From Paraburkholderia sp. (GTDB lineage Bacteria; Pseudomonadota; Gammaproteobacteria; Burkholderiales; Burkholderiaceae), in the NCBI RefSeq assembly GCF_035501035.1, contig NZ_DATJWR010000325.1, forward strand, positions 10,841-74,840: a stretch of DNA of 64,000 nt, read 5' to 3'. The translations under genes were made by a program, and so were the position numbers. Shown one piece after another: positions 1-9,352 of this stretch. Numbering within the stretch: the first letter of the stretch is position 1; every line of letters starts with the position of its first letter. The notes beneath the pieces are model-generated. The model did not search any database, had not been told where the DNA came from, and saw only the letters and a program-made list of their open reading frames with translations.

Positions 1-759
1 CTGATAGGCCATGTTCGAACCGAACCGCTCAGGGCGCACCACCATTTCCTGCATCACCGATTCAGGTAGCTTGCCGATTGATAGTGCGACGGCAACCGTC
101 GATTCGTCGAGGCCGAGATGGTCAGCAAGCTCGCGCTGGCTCTGAAAGTGCTTTTCGTCGATGAATCGCTTCCACACCACCGCATTGTCGAAGACGGTTT
201 GCGAATCGCGCTGAACGTTCAGGTCGTAACCCAGTTTGTAGCTCTGGATGCCAATCGGCAGATCGACGACGATCGCCTTCACGACCTCCTTATTGGCCTC
301 CTTCAGCGCCCGCACGCGGCGGCCGCCGTCGCTTACGTAGTAGCTGCCGGGGGCCGTATAGTCGGGGATCACGTGAATCGCCTGCTGCTGCCCCTGCTTT
401 GCGAGATTGACAGCAAGTTCTGCAATCGATGTCTTCAGATAGAAGTGACGCGGATTGAAGGGGCTCGGCTTGATGTCCTTGAGCGGCAAATCGATGATCT
501 GTCCGGGCCGGTAGCCGTGTTCGATGCGCCAGGCACGGTATTCCGCGGATTCGTTTTCTGCGCCTGGCGCTGAATCCAGAACTGGCTCGACAACAGGCTC
601 GAAAGGAGGCTGGCTCGCGCGCCCCGCAACGTCTCGCGCCTTTGGCTTGTCCTGGACGAGTCCGTCGATGGCGTTGAGGCGGTCGAGTGCAGTGCGCTTT
701 TCGCTGCTCGTCGTATCAGGGCGTGCCTGAAAGCCTTTGGCGAATTGGGAGGGTTTCAT
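1..759 (-). CDS. parB: ParB partition protein of the secondary chromosome (partial, continues past the left edge)
   Basis: Absent from the ORF track. Hand translation from ATG at 759 is open to base 1: MKPSQFAKGFQARPD...IKPSPFNPRHFY...QQQAIHV...DGGRRVRALKE, with the ParB GxRRxRA motif and a downstream HTH (SQRELADHLGLDESTV). Lies 24 nt downstream of parA. Confidence 0.93.
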   Translation of the reverse strand, partial: MKPSQFAKGFQARPDTTSSEKRTALDRLNAIDGLVQDKPKARDVAGRASQPPFEPVVEPVLDSAPGAENESAEYRAWRIEHGYRPGQIIDLPLKDIKPSPFNPRHFYLKTSIAELAVNLAKQGQQQAIHVIPDYTAPGSYYVSDGGRRVRALKEANKEVVKAIVVDLPIGIQSYKLGYDLNVQRDSQTVFDNAVVWKRFIDEKHFQSQRELADHLGLDESTVAVALSIGKLPESVMQEMVVRPERFGSNMAYQ

Positions 760-767
760 TCAGGGTC

Positions 768-783
768 CTTTATGCGCATAAAG
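768..783. other. parS: parS centromere site 1 (CTTTATGCGCATAAAG)
   Basis: Perfect 16-bp palindrome in the parA-parB gap. The 14-bp core TTTATGCGCATAAA is that of the Burkholderia cenocepacia chromosome 2 parS. Confidence 0.9.
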
Positions 784-1446
784 TCAGGGAAGCATGGCCG
801 CGATCTCGTCGGCGCATGCGCGGACTTCGATAGCGGCGAGGCGTGCGCCGCGGTCGTTCATCTGCAAAACCGTCTGGCCTAGCGCCATGGCCTGCTTGTA
901 CGCTTCGCGCGTGGGAATTTGCGTTCGGAGTAGCGGAAAACCGAGTTCTTCGAGAGCGCGCTTCAGTTCACGCGTGAGCATGCGCTTCTCTTCCGTCTTG
1001 TTCAGCAGGAATACCGCGCGCAAGTCTTCATTCATGACCTGGGCTTGCTGGATTAGTTTGACCAGGCCCACGCTTGACCAGTAATCAGCTGGGGAAGACG
1101 AAGTGGGAATCACTGCAACCGTGGCGGCTAGCAAGACGACGCCAGAGACTTTCTCTGTGATCGACGGCGGGCAGTCGACGACGATGATGTCGTAGTCGTT
1201 GATGAATTTCTTGATCTCGCGATGGATCTGGCCGCCGGCTTCGGAGAGGTTGACCACCGGGAACGGGATGCCGGCTTCGCCATCGGTTGACGCGCTGGCC
1301 CAGTGGACGAGCGTGTTTTGGCCATCGGCATCCACGACGAGAACCCGCTTTCCCTTCTCGTGGAATGCGGCGCCGAGATGCATCGCGATCGTGCTCTTGC
1401 CGACCCCGCCCTTTTGCTGCGTGACTGCGATTATCTCTGCTGCCAA
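784..1446 (-). CDS. parA: ParA partition ATPase (short type Ib-like, no N-terminal HTH)
   Basis: Deviant Walker A QKGGVGKST, VVDADGQ, Walker B IVVDCPP; directly upstream of parB. Confidence 0.95.
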   Translation of the reverse strand: MAAEIIAVTQQKGGVGKSTIAMHLGAAFHEKGKRVLVVDADGQNTLVHWASASTDGEAGIPFPVVNLSEAGGQIHREIKKFINDYDIIVVDCPPSITEKVSGVVLLAATVAVIPTSSSPADYWSSVGLVKLIQQAQVMNEDLRAVFLLNKTEEKRMLTRELKRALEELGFPLLRTQIPTREAYKQAMALGQTVLQMNDRGARLAAIEVRACADEIAAMLP

Positions 1447-1547
1447 TTGATATTCTCCTTTTTGCTATTAGATTGGGATTTTACCTGGAATGTTTTTCGA
1501 TTCAATGTTTTTTGGCGTGATTCGCTGTTGAATTAGCCATTTGGACA

Positions 1548-1567
1548 AGCTTTATGCGCATAAAGCT
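1548..1567. other. parS: parS centromere site 2 (AGCTTTATGCGCATAAAGCT)
   Basis: Same 16-mer at 1550-1565, extended to a perfect 20-bp palindrome, about 100 bp upstream of parA. Confidence 0.9.
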
Positions 1568-1704
1568 CGGTGGACGACTGCTGGACGCGACATGTCGGCA
1601 GGAGCCAGTTGTGGAATCAGCGGAGATGTCGGTATTGGTCTCGCGGCGTGTGTCGACAGAAGGCATCGCTCGCTGCCCGAGGCACGCAAAGCGCGGCTCC
1701 AAAC

Positions 1705-1720
1705 CTTTATGCGCATAAAG
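1705..1720. other. parS: parS centromere site 3 (CTTTATGCGCATAAAG)
   Basis: Third exact copy of the palindrome, upstream of parA. Confidence 0.9.
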
Positions 1721-1928
1721 TGCGTCCGCGGCAATGAACATTATGTATCGCGCCAATGCATGGGCCGGGCCGCTATCGCCCACCAGCCACCCCTCGGCAC
1801 GACGCCCCCGATAGCCTGATCGCGTCGAGCCCACGCTTCATACTGCGCACGCGCGCCCGGTAAAATCGCAGATCCGCACGAGCCTCCTCAAAGGCCGCCA
1901 GCCACTCCCCTCTTGCACGCCAGAAATC

Positions 1929-2282
1929 ATGATCACGATCTACCACAACCCCTGCTGCTCCAAATCCCGCGCTGCCTGCGACCTTGTGTCGAACGCCAAT
2001 GCGAACGAGCCTGTCGAGATAATCGAGTATCTGAAGCAGCCACCCACCGTCGAACAGCTCAAGGCCCTGCATGCCATGCTCGGTGGTCCGCTGCGCGACA
2101 TGATTCGCACCGGCGAGACCGAGTACGCAGAGCTGGGCCTCGACGCCGCCAGCGTCACTGATAATCAGTTATACGAAGCAATTGTGCGACATCCGATTCT
2201 GCTGCAGCGACCCATCGTGGTACACAACGGCCGGGCCGCGATCGGTCGCCCGACGGAAAACATCGAAGCATTGTTCGACTGA
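1929..2282 (+). CDS. arsC: Arsenate reductase, glutaredoxin-dependent ArsC family
   Basis: ITIYHNPCCSKSR catalytic Cys loop, MIRTGE, HPILLQRPIV, IGRP. Confidence 0.9.
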   Translation: MITIYHNPCCSKSRAACDLVSNANANEPVEIIEYLKQPPTVEQLKALHAMLGGPLRDMIRTGETEYAELGLDAASVTDNQLYEAIVRHPILLQRPIVVHNGRAAIGRPTENIEALFD

Positions 2283-2485
2283 AGCGGACGCCCGCAGGCG
2301 ATCGCTTCGGTTGATCAGTACATCCTGATGCTTTCGCGCGAACACATCCGCGCACCCAGATCGGCACAACGGCAACGTGCATGGCCGGCGTACACACGCC
2401 CCCCACGCACGCGCTAAAGCTGCATCTTTGCTAACGTGGGGCCGAATCCCACGGAAGCCCCGGAAATATCGGCTTTCGAGGCAAG

Positions 2486-2546
2486 TTGTCCACAAGCTTG
2501 TGCACGAAAATTGTGGATAAGATCGCGAGGCGTCCGGTTATCCACA
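2486..2546. promoter_or_regulatory. DnaA-box cluster
   Basis: TTGTCCACA at 2486-2494 (1 mismatch), TGTGGATAA at 2512-2520 (perfect, reverse), TTATCCACA at 2538-2546 (perfect). Confidence 0.75.
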
Positions 2547-2627
2547 GCAGAAGTTCAAAGCCCCTTCGCTTGCGCATCGTCGAGATAGCCGATCCGGACC
2601 AACGTCACACGCGCCGCGCGCCCCGGC

Positions 2628-3335
2628 TCAGTGCAACGTGCGCTGCTGCCCCGGCATGTCTTTGTGATGCTCGGGCGAGTCCTCTTCGTACTCGAGGAAT
2701 TCGTCCGGAATCTGCGGTGCGACACCGGCGGTGGGACGCGTCGCCTCGGGCGCGGCAGGCACGTCCACATGAGGGGCGCCCATTACCGCACCTGCGCCCG
2801 GCACGCTTGCCGAAGTGAGCACGGTCGTCTCGGCCTCGCTCGTTGGCCGCGTGGGCGCGGCGGGAACTGCCTCCCGCGCAGCTTCCTGGGTTTCCGCTGT
2901 CTGCGTGGTGCGGCGGCGCATGGCCTCAGCGATGTCGGCGAGGCCCAGTTCATCGAGCGCCGAATGCTCGCGTGCGACCGGGCGGTTCGTCGCGGGCCAT
3001 GCCCACGGCGAGCCACGCAGGGCAACTTCCATCGCATGCTCGCCGCGCAGTGTCTCGCGCGCAAGGTCGGCGTGCGCCTCGTCGCTCACGTGCACGCCAA
3101 TGCGCACCGCTTCGCCCGGCGGCGGCGTCATGCCGGACTGGGCCTCGGTGGTTCGGCGCGCGTCGCCGGTCGTCGAGAAAAAGCTCGTCACAAGACGCTC
3201 GATGCCAGCCAGGACACCCTCGGTGTGCGCGGGCAGTTCGATGTCGCTTGCCGCGAAGCCGCGTTGCAGCAGCGCTTCCTGCGCGTGGCGCGCTTCGTCG
3301 TAGGTCTTGAAAAGGCCGGTCACGGTGTGTTTCAT
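2628..3335 (-). CDS. Hypothetical protein (general-stress-protein-like N-terminus)
   Basis: Start MKHTVTGLFKTYDEARHAQEALLQRGF follows the RBS AAGGAGG; low-complexity C-terminus ending QIPDEFLEYEED. Start trimmed from the track ORF 2628..3446. Confidence 0.75.
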   Translation of the reverse strand: MKHTVTGLFKTYDEARHAQEALLQRGFAASDIELPAHTEGVLAGIERLVTSFFSTTGDARRTTEAQSGMTPPPGEAVRIGVHVSDEAHADLARETLRGEHAMEVALRGSPWAWPATNRPVAREHSALDELGLADIAEAMRRRTTQTAETQEAAREAVPAAPTRPTSEAETTVLTSASVPGAGAVMGAPHVDVPAAPEATRPTAGVAPQIPDEFLEYEEDSPEHHKDMPGQQRTLH

Positions 3336-3473
3336 GGCACCCTCCTTCGCCAGGTGGCTACGCCCGCGTACATGATGCGCCGAATGACGCACGCTGTGCG
3401 CCGCACTCGAATGCCCGTTTTTGCGGGCGCGCGACATCAAGCGCAAGCTTCGTGCCCCGCCCCGCCGTGAGGG

Positions 3474-5759
3474 TCATGCTTGATCGCGGTCCGCCGGCAG
3501 CGTCACGTCGCGTTCTTGCTTGGCGCGCGCCTGCCGGTCCTCCCGGATCGCTTCGAGCGTTTTCTCCAGGAGCGCGATGTCGAACGGCTTCGAGAGCACG
3601 CGCACATCCACGTGACGCGCGCGATCGAGTTCCTCCGCGTAGCCGGTCACGAGGATCACGGGCAGCGCCGGTTCGAGCCCCTGCAGCGCTTCGGCCAGAT
3701 CGATGCCGTTCATCGTCCCCGGCATGTGGATGTCCGATAGCACGAGATCGAAGCGCGGCGTGTGCGCGCCGTCGGCGCGCGGGGCCTCGATGAGTTGTAG
3801 CGCACTCGCCGCGTCGCTCGCGCAGGTCACGCGGTGGCCCATCATCTGCAGCAGCGCCTCGGTGCCGGCGGCGACCTCGTCGTTGTCCTCGACGAGCAGC
3901 ACGTTCAGGCCTTGCTGCACCTGGGCGCTCTCCGGGCGTGGCTCGCTCGGGCGCTGCGCGGGCGGCTCGGCGAGCGAGCGCGGCAGATACAGATGCACAG
4001 TCGTGCCCGCGCCGATCGCGCTGTCGATCGCGGCGAGTCCGCCCGAGCGCTCGCAGAATGCGAACACCTGCGGCAGCCCGAGGCCGGTGCCAGTGCCTTT
4101 CGACTTGGTCGTGTAGAGCGGCTCGAACGCGCGCGCGAGCACGTCCGGCGGCATGCCGGAGCCGGTGTCCTCGAGCGTGACGTGTACGAAATCGCCATCG
4201 AGCGGAAAGCCTTCGTCGGGCCGGAAGCTGATGTTGCGCGCACGCACGGTGAAGCGGCCGCCATTGGGCATCGCGTCTCGCGCGTTGACGGCGAGATTGA
4301 TGAGCGCAAGCTCGAATTCGGCCACATCGACGAGCACGGGCCACACACCGTCCCCCACGTCGACGACGAGCGACACCTTCGCGCCCAACGACGCGCGTAG
4401 CAACTCGCGGCACGCGGGCAGCCAGCGCCCGACGTGGATCGTCTCGTTGCGCAGCGGCTGCTTGCGCGCGACGCCGAGCAACTGGCGCGTGAGCGACTGG
4501 CCGCTCTTGAGCGCGCGCTCGACCGCCGACAGCTCACGCTCGAAGCCCGTCACGCCACGCCGCCGCGCGATCTGCACGTTGGCCGAGACGATCATCAGCA
4601 GGTTGTTGAAGTCGTGCGCGACGCTGCCCACGAGGTTGCCGAGCGCTTCCATCTTGCGCGATTGCCGGTAGGCGGACTCGATCGAGCGGCGCATCGAGGC
4701 TTCGGCATGCCAGCGCTCCCAGGCTTCCTCTTCGGCGGCGAGGCGCCGCAGTGAGAGCCAGATCACGCACCACAGCGCAATCGACGGCGTGAACATCGAG
4801 ATGAGAAGCACGCTCAGGTGCCGGTACCAGGCCGCCCAGATCGCGTGCGTGCGGTAGGCGCAGGTCACGTAGACGGGGTACCCGCCCACGCGCCGGAACG
4901 CGAGGATCACGTTGCTGCCGAGCAGTTCCGAATGCATGCGCACGACGCCGGATTCGCTGCCGCGCGCGAGCGCCACGCCGAGCGGCGAGCCTGGCGTGAC
5001 GCTGGAGGCGAGTGCGCGCGGTGGCGGATCGAAGGCGAGGATCGCACCGTCGCTGCGCACGAGGCCGAGCGCCATCGGCGAATCGGGGCCGAGCAGGTCG
5101 CGGTAGAACGCGCTGAAATAGCCGGGACGCAGCGCGACCGAGACGAGGCCCGCGAACTCGCCGGCGTCGTCGCGGCGCGCCACGCCCATGTTGAACACCG
5201 TCTCGCCGCTCACCTGGCCCTGCATCACGCGCGAGACGTGGTCGATCACGCGGCCGCCGCGGATGCCGGTGAAGTCGTCGCGCGCGACGATCGACACCGA
5301 CGGCGGCGGCGAGTAGCGGCTGCTCGCGAGCAGCTCGCCGTCGCGCCCGAAGATCGAGACTGCCGCCACCTGCGGATAGCCGCCGCCGATGGCGTCGAGC
5401 TTCTCGTGGATCTGCGCCTCGCTGGCGCGCACGCCGTCGTCGTTGAGCCCCTGCACGAGGTCGATGACGCGCGTGTCGAGCGCATCGTTCATGTCGAATA
5501 CCTTGAGCGCGTGCTCTTCGGCCACGCGCACGGTGCGCAGCGTGATGTCGGTGGCGTCGGCCTCGCGCGCGCGCAGGTCGTTGTATGCCATGGCGGCCAC
5601 GTACACGCACGGCAACACGATCGCCGCGACGAGCAGCGCGAGCAGCGTGCGCCGGCGCACCGTGAAGTCGTGTCCCGGCGCAGCCGGAAACGGCGCGTCG
5701 TCGGTGGGGGGCTGCGGGGAAGTGCGTTCGTCTGGCCGCTCGGGCCTGTCAGCAATCAT
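3474..5759 (-). CDS. Hybrid sensor histidine kinase/receiver with periplasmic Cache-like domain
   Basis: Two TM segments, H-box VAHDFNNLL, N-box NLAVNARDAM, G boxes DTGSGM and GTGLGL, C-terminal receiver (LVEDN, LSDIHMPG, KPF). Confidence 0.93.
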   Translation of the reverse strand: MIADRPERPDERTSPQPPTDDAPFPAAPGHDFTVRRRTLLALLVAAIVLPCVYVAAMAYNDLRAREADATDITLRTVRVAEEHALKVFDMNDALDTRVIDLVQGLNDDGVRASEAQIHEKLDAIGGGYPQVAAVSIFGRDGELLASSRYSPPPSVSIVARDDFTGIRGGRVIDHVSRVMQGQVSGETVFNMGVARRDDAGEFAGLVSVALRPGYFSAFYRDLLGPDSPMALGLVRSDGAILAFDPPPRALASSVTPGSPLGVALARGSESGVVRMHSELLGSNVILAFRRVGGYPVYVTCAYRTHAIWAAWYRHLSVLLISMFTPSIALWCVIWLSLRRLAAEEEAWERWHAEASMRRSIESAYRQSRKMEALGNLVGSVAHDFNNLLMIVSANVQIARRRGVTGFERELSAVERALKSGQSLTRQLLGVARKQPLRNETIHVGRWLPACRELLRASLGAKVSLVVDVGDGVWPVLVDVAEFELALINLAVNARDAMPNGGRFTVRARNISFRPDEGFPLDGDFVHVTLEDTGSGMPPDVLARAFEPLYTTKSKGTGTGLGLPQVFAFCERSGGLAAIDSAIGAGTTVHLYLPRSLAEPPAQRPSEPRPESAQVQQGLNVLLVEDNDEVAAGTEALLQMMGHRVTCASDAASALQLIEAPRADGAHTPRFDLVLSDIHMPGTMNGIDLAEALQGLEPALPVILVTGYAEELDRARHVDVRVLSKPFDIALLEKTLEAIREDRQARAKQERDVTLPADRDQA

Positions 5760-6368
5760 CGTACGAAAAAGCAGGAAAAGGCGGCAGGGCTTCCGACATC
5801 ATAAACGACCGCGATGACGCGCCGCCGGCCAACCGGTAGTGGAAGCACGAGGCGAATATTTGCGCAGGCATTCCATCCAGGGAATTTCCTCTTCCCTCGC
5901 GCCGAATTCGCGAAAATCGGCGAAGCGCAAACGTACCACAAAGCGATAATCGACGGTCTTTATTTCAGGGATGGATCGTTTATTTCGATAAATTAGCCAA
6001 TGTGAGTCGATTTTGTTCGCTGATTGATTATCGGCGAGTTGCATTTGATTCAAATTGATTCGAGAATCGCATGCACGAAAAATAACGCGTTCGCATGAAA
6101 GCCGCGCCGCCGGATCGGGCGTACGGCCATGCTACGGGGTGGCTGCAGGCATGCAGATGAAGGTCTACAGGGCCGGCGCTCGGGGCGTCGGCAATCCGTC
6201 GAGCGACGGCGCGGCCGCCCGCCTTGCGTTGGCGTGGGCCGCTGCGCTGGCCCGTTCATGCGTCGTGCATCGTCTGGCGCATGTGCATTTTTCCCTAAAG
6301 TAATCGCGCGCGCGGCCGTTAATCCGTCAAAGCGCACTCCGTCCAACGCACACTCATTCAGCATACCC

Positions 6369-6737
6369 ATGCCCTTGCCCATCGTGATCGCCGATGATTC
6401 GCTGCTAGCCCGCAAGGTGCTCACGAAGGCGTTGCCCGAGGACTGGGACGTCAATATTTCGTACGCGTCGAACGGCCACGAAGCGCTGGAGCATTACCGC
6501 GCCGGTCGCGCAGAGGTCATGTTTCTCGACCTCACGATGCCCGACATGACGGGTTTCCAGGTCCTCGAAGCCTTGCAGCACGAGGACCTGAACACGTTCG
6601 TGATCGTCGTTTCCGCGGACGTCCAGCCACGAGCCCGCGAGCGCGTGCAGGCGCTCGGCGCAGCGGCGTTCGTCGCAAAACCGGTAACCCAGGAGGCGCT
6701 GCTACCCATCCTGAAGGAGTACGGGTTGTATGCCTGA
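6369..6737 (+). CDS. Stand-alone CheY-like response regulator
   Basis: MPLPIVIADDS, FLDLTMP (phospho-Asp), VSAD, AKPV; start trimmed from the track ORF 6129..6737. Confidence 0.9.
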   Translation: MPLPIVIADDSLLARKVLTKALPEDWDVNISYASNGHEALEHYRAGRAEVMFLDLTMPDMTGFQVLEALQHEDLNTFVIVVSADVQPRARERVQALGAAAFVAKPVTQEALLPILKEYGLYA

Positions 6738-7353
6738 TCGAGTGTTCACGGAACTCCAGCGCGACGCGCTGCAGGAGATCGCCAATCTCGGCATGGGGCA
6801 GGCGGCCACGCGGCTGTCGGGGTTGCTCAATGCCTTTATTGAGCTTTCGGTGCCGCGCGTGCGCGTGGTCGACGTATCCGAGACTGCGGCGGCGTTGCGA
6901 GAGATGACCGGCATCGACGGTCCGGTTGCGGCCGTGCGCCAGGGCTTTCGCTCGGAGATCAAGGGCGAGGCGCTGGTGATCTGCCGCAGCGGCGAGATTG
7001 CCGAGCTCGGCAGCCTGGTCGGCGGTCCCTACGCGCAGAGCGCGACCGATTCGATCACCGAGGAAGAGCTGATGTTCGACGTCGCCAACGCGCTGACGGG
7101 CGCCTGCGTGTCGTCGATGCTCGACCAGCTCGGGCGCATGCCGGTGTTTTCGCAGCCGGGCCTGCTCGGCGAGGCGATCATGCTCGACGAAGTGTTCCAG
7201 CCGGGACTGCTCGCCTGGGACGTCGCGCTGCTCGTCGAGGTCAATTTCGCGCTGGAAGACCAGCGCTTTCGCGCCCACCTCGTCATGCTGATGGCCGAGG
7301 AGTCGATCCATGTCGTGAGCCGGGCCATCGACGCGCTGTTGCATAGCCTATGA
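6730..7353 (+). CDS. CheC-like aspartyl phosphatase
   Basis: DALQEIANLGMGQAA (D-x3-E-x2-N motif) followed by ELSVP; second degenerate motif FDVAN; overlaps both neighbours. Confidence 0.82.
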   Translation: MPDRVFTELQRDALQEIANLGMGQAATRLSGLLNAFIELSVPRVRVVDVSETAAALREMTGIDGPVAAVRQGFRSEIKGEALVICRSGEIAELGSLVGGPYAQSATDSITEEELMFDVANALTGACVSSMLDQLGRMPVFSQPGLLGEAIMLDEVFQPGLLAWDVALLVEVNFALEDQRFRAHLVMLMAEESIHVVSRAIDALLHSL

Positions 7354-8294
7354 ACGAGCCAGCCGGGTTGCCAACGCTTTCGGACCTCGTCGTCGAACGG
7401 GTGGGTTTCGGCATTTTCGTGGTCGACCGCGACATGAACGTGCTGATGTGGAACCGCTTCATGCAGGACCACAGCGGCATTTCGGCTGAAGACGTGATCG
7501 GCCGCCCGATCTTCGAACGCTTCCCCGACCTGCCGCGCGCGTGGCTCACGCGCAAGGTGGAAAGCGTGTTCCAGCTCGGCAGCTTCGCGTTCAGCTCGTG
7601 GGAGCAGCGCCCGTATCTGTTCCAGTTCGACCACGACCGGCCGATCACGGGCGGCGTCGACTACATGCAGCAGGACTGCACCTTCATGCCGCTCATGCGC
7701 GGGCGCGAGGTGATCGCCGTGTGCGTGACGATATGCGACGTCACGCACGTGAGCGTCATGCAGCGCGAGCGCGAAGAAGCGGTGACCAAGCTGCGCGAAT
7801 ACGCCGACCGCGATGGGCTCACCGGCATCGCCAACCGGCGCTATTTCGAGGCGCGCCTCGCCGACGAGTTCTTGCGCTGGCAGCGCTATGGCGGCGACCT
7901 CTCGATGCTGCTGTTCGACCTCGACCACTTCAAGCGCATCAACGACGAGTTCGGCCACATGGCCGGCGACACCGTGCTGCGCTCGATGGCGCAGCGCGTA
8001 TCCAGCGTCGTGCGCAAGCAGGACGTGTTCGGCCGCTTCGGCGGCGAGGAATTCGCGCTGCTTCTGCCGTGCACGCCGCTCGACGACGCGTTGTTCGTGG
8101 CGGAGAAGATCCGCCGCACGATCGCCGACGAGCCGATCGAAGTGCAGGGCGTGATCGTGCCGGTGACGGCGAGCGTGGGCGCCGCCGCCGCACGCACGGG
8201 TGCGCCCGATTACGAGGGCATGATCAACGAGGCGGACGCCGCCCTCTACACCGCGAAGCGCCAGGGGCGCAACCGCTCGGTCGCGCTCGCCTGA
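7350..8294 (+). CDS. PAS-GGDEF diguanylate cyclase
   Basis: N-terminal PAS (VLMWNRFM), DGLTGIANRR, DLDHFKRIND, RFGGEEF active site. Confidence 0.94.
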   Translation: MNEPAGLPTLSDLVVERVGFGIFVVDRDMNVLMWNRFMQDHSGISAEDVIGRPIFERFPDLPRAWLTRKVESVFQLGSFAFSSWEQRPYLFQFDHDRPITGGVDYMQQDCTFMPLMRGREVIAVCVTICDVTHVSVMQREREEAVTKLREYADRDGLTGIANRRYFEARLADEFLRWQRYGGDLSMLLFDLDHFKRINDEFGHMAGDTVLRSMAQRVSSVVRKQDVFGRFGGEEFALLLPCTPLDDALFVAEKIRRTIADEPIEVQGVIVPVTASVGAAAARTGAPDYEGMINEADAALYTAKRQGRNRSVALA

Positions 8295-8500
8295 GCGCGC
8301 ATCCCCCGACCGCGTTCCCCGCCCCGACTGCGGCAGGTCCCAAAGGTTGCTATACTTTTGCCCGTTTCCGGCCGTGCGCGCCTGCTGTCAGGCGATTTGA
8401 GGGCCGGTGCCTCGCGCGTGTCCGCGCGCGCGGGCGACCCGCGGCAATGCGGGCCCGAATAGTCGAAAGCCCCGTTGCGGGCACCCCAGCGGAGATCGTC

Positions 8501-9352
8501 TTGGCCGTTTCCAACCTCGTCGTGGACGATACACAACAAACCGACGCCGCCGCCGCTTCTTCGGGCAGCTCGTTTTATCTGGCGATGCGGATCCTGCCTC
8601 CCGCGCAGCGCGACGCCATGTATCAGGTCTACGCCTTTTGCCGCGCTGTCGACGACATCGCGGACAGCGACCTGCCGCGCGCCGAGCGTGCGGCGGGGCT
8701 CGACCAATGGCGCGCCGACATCGACGCGTGCTATGCCGGCACGCCGCGCGCCTCGCTTGCGGCGCTCACGCGCCATATCCATACGTTCGGGCTCAAGCGC
8801 GAGGACTTCCACGCGATGATCGACGGCATGGCCATGGACGCCGCCGAGGACATCTGCGCACCCGACGAGGCCACGCTCGACCTGTACTGCGACCGTGTCG
8901 CAAGCGCGGCGGGCCGTCTGTCGGTGAGGATTTTCGGGATGCAGGAGGAACCGGGCCGCACGCTGTCGCACCATCTGGGGCGCGCGCTGCAGCTCACGAA
9001 CATCCTGCGCGACATCGACGAGGATGCGGACATCAACCGCTGCTATCTGCCGCGCGAGCTGCTCGCGCGCGAAGGGATTGCGGCGGGCGATCCGCGCACG
9101 ATCGCCGCCGACGCGTCGCTGCCGCGCGTGTGCGAGACGCTCGTTCAGCGGGCGCTCGCCCATTTTGCGCAAGCCGACGCGATCATGGACGCCGCGCCGC
9201 GTGCGCAGGTGAAGGCGCCGCGCATCATGTCGGGCGTCTACCGCGTGCTGCTCGATCGCACCGTGGAACGCGGCTTCGACCTGCCGCGCACGAAAATCAG
9301 CAAGCCGCGCGCGCGGCTGATGTGGATCGTCGCGCGTTACGCCTTGTTCTGA
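8501..9352 (+). CDS. hpnD: Presqualene diphosphate synthase HpnD
   Basis: SSFYLAM, DDIAD, QLTNILRDIDED. TTG start at 8501 after GGAG; C-terminal part of the track ORF 7541..9352. Confidence 0.9.
   Translation: MAVSNLVVDDTQQTDAAAASSGSSFYLAMRILPPAQRDAMYQVYAFCRAVDDIADSDLPRAERAAGLDQWRADIDACYAGTPRASLAALTRHIHTFGLKREDFHAMIDGMAMDAAEDICAPDEATLDLYCDRVASAAGRLSVRIFGMQEEPGRTLSHHLGRALQLTNILRDIDEDADINRCYLPRELLAREGIAAGDPRTIAADASLPRVCETLVQRALAHFAQADAIMDAAPRAQVKAPRIMSGVYRVLLDRTVERGFDLPRTKISKPRARLMWIVARYALF

Noticed and set aside
118-573. 151-aa plus-strand ORF
   Set aside because: Antisense shadow of parB, which is open on the minus strand with clear ParB motifs.
1929-1970. HNPCCSKSR (adjacent cysteines) in ArsC
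   Set aside because: A single substitution next to the catalytic Cys; the other active-site Arg motifs are intact, so it is not evidence of a new function.
7541-9352. 603-aa ORF suggesting a fusion upstream of HpnD
   Set aside because: The first 320 codons are an off-frame overlap of the GGDEF gene plus intergenic DNA; hpnD has its own RBS and TTG start at 8501.
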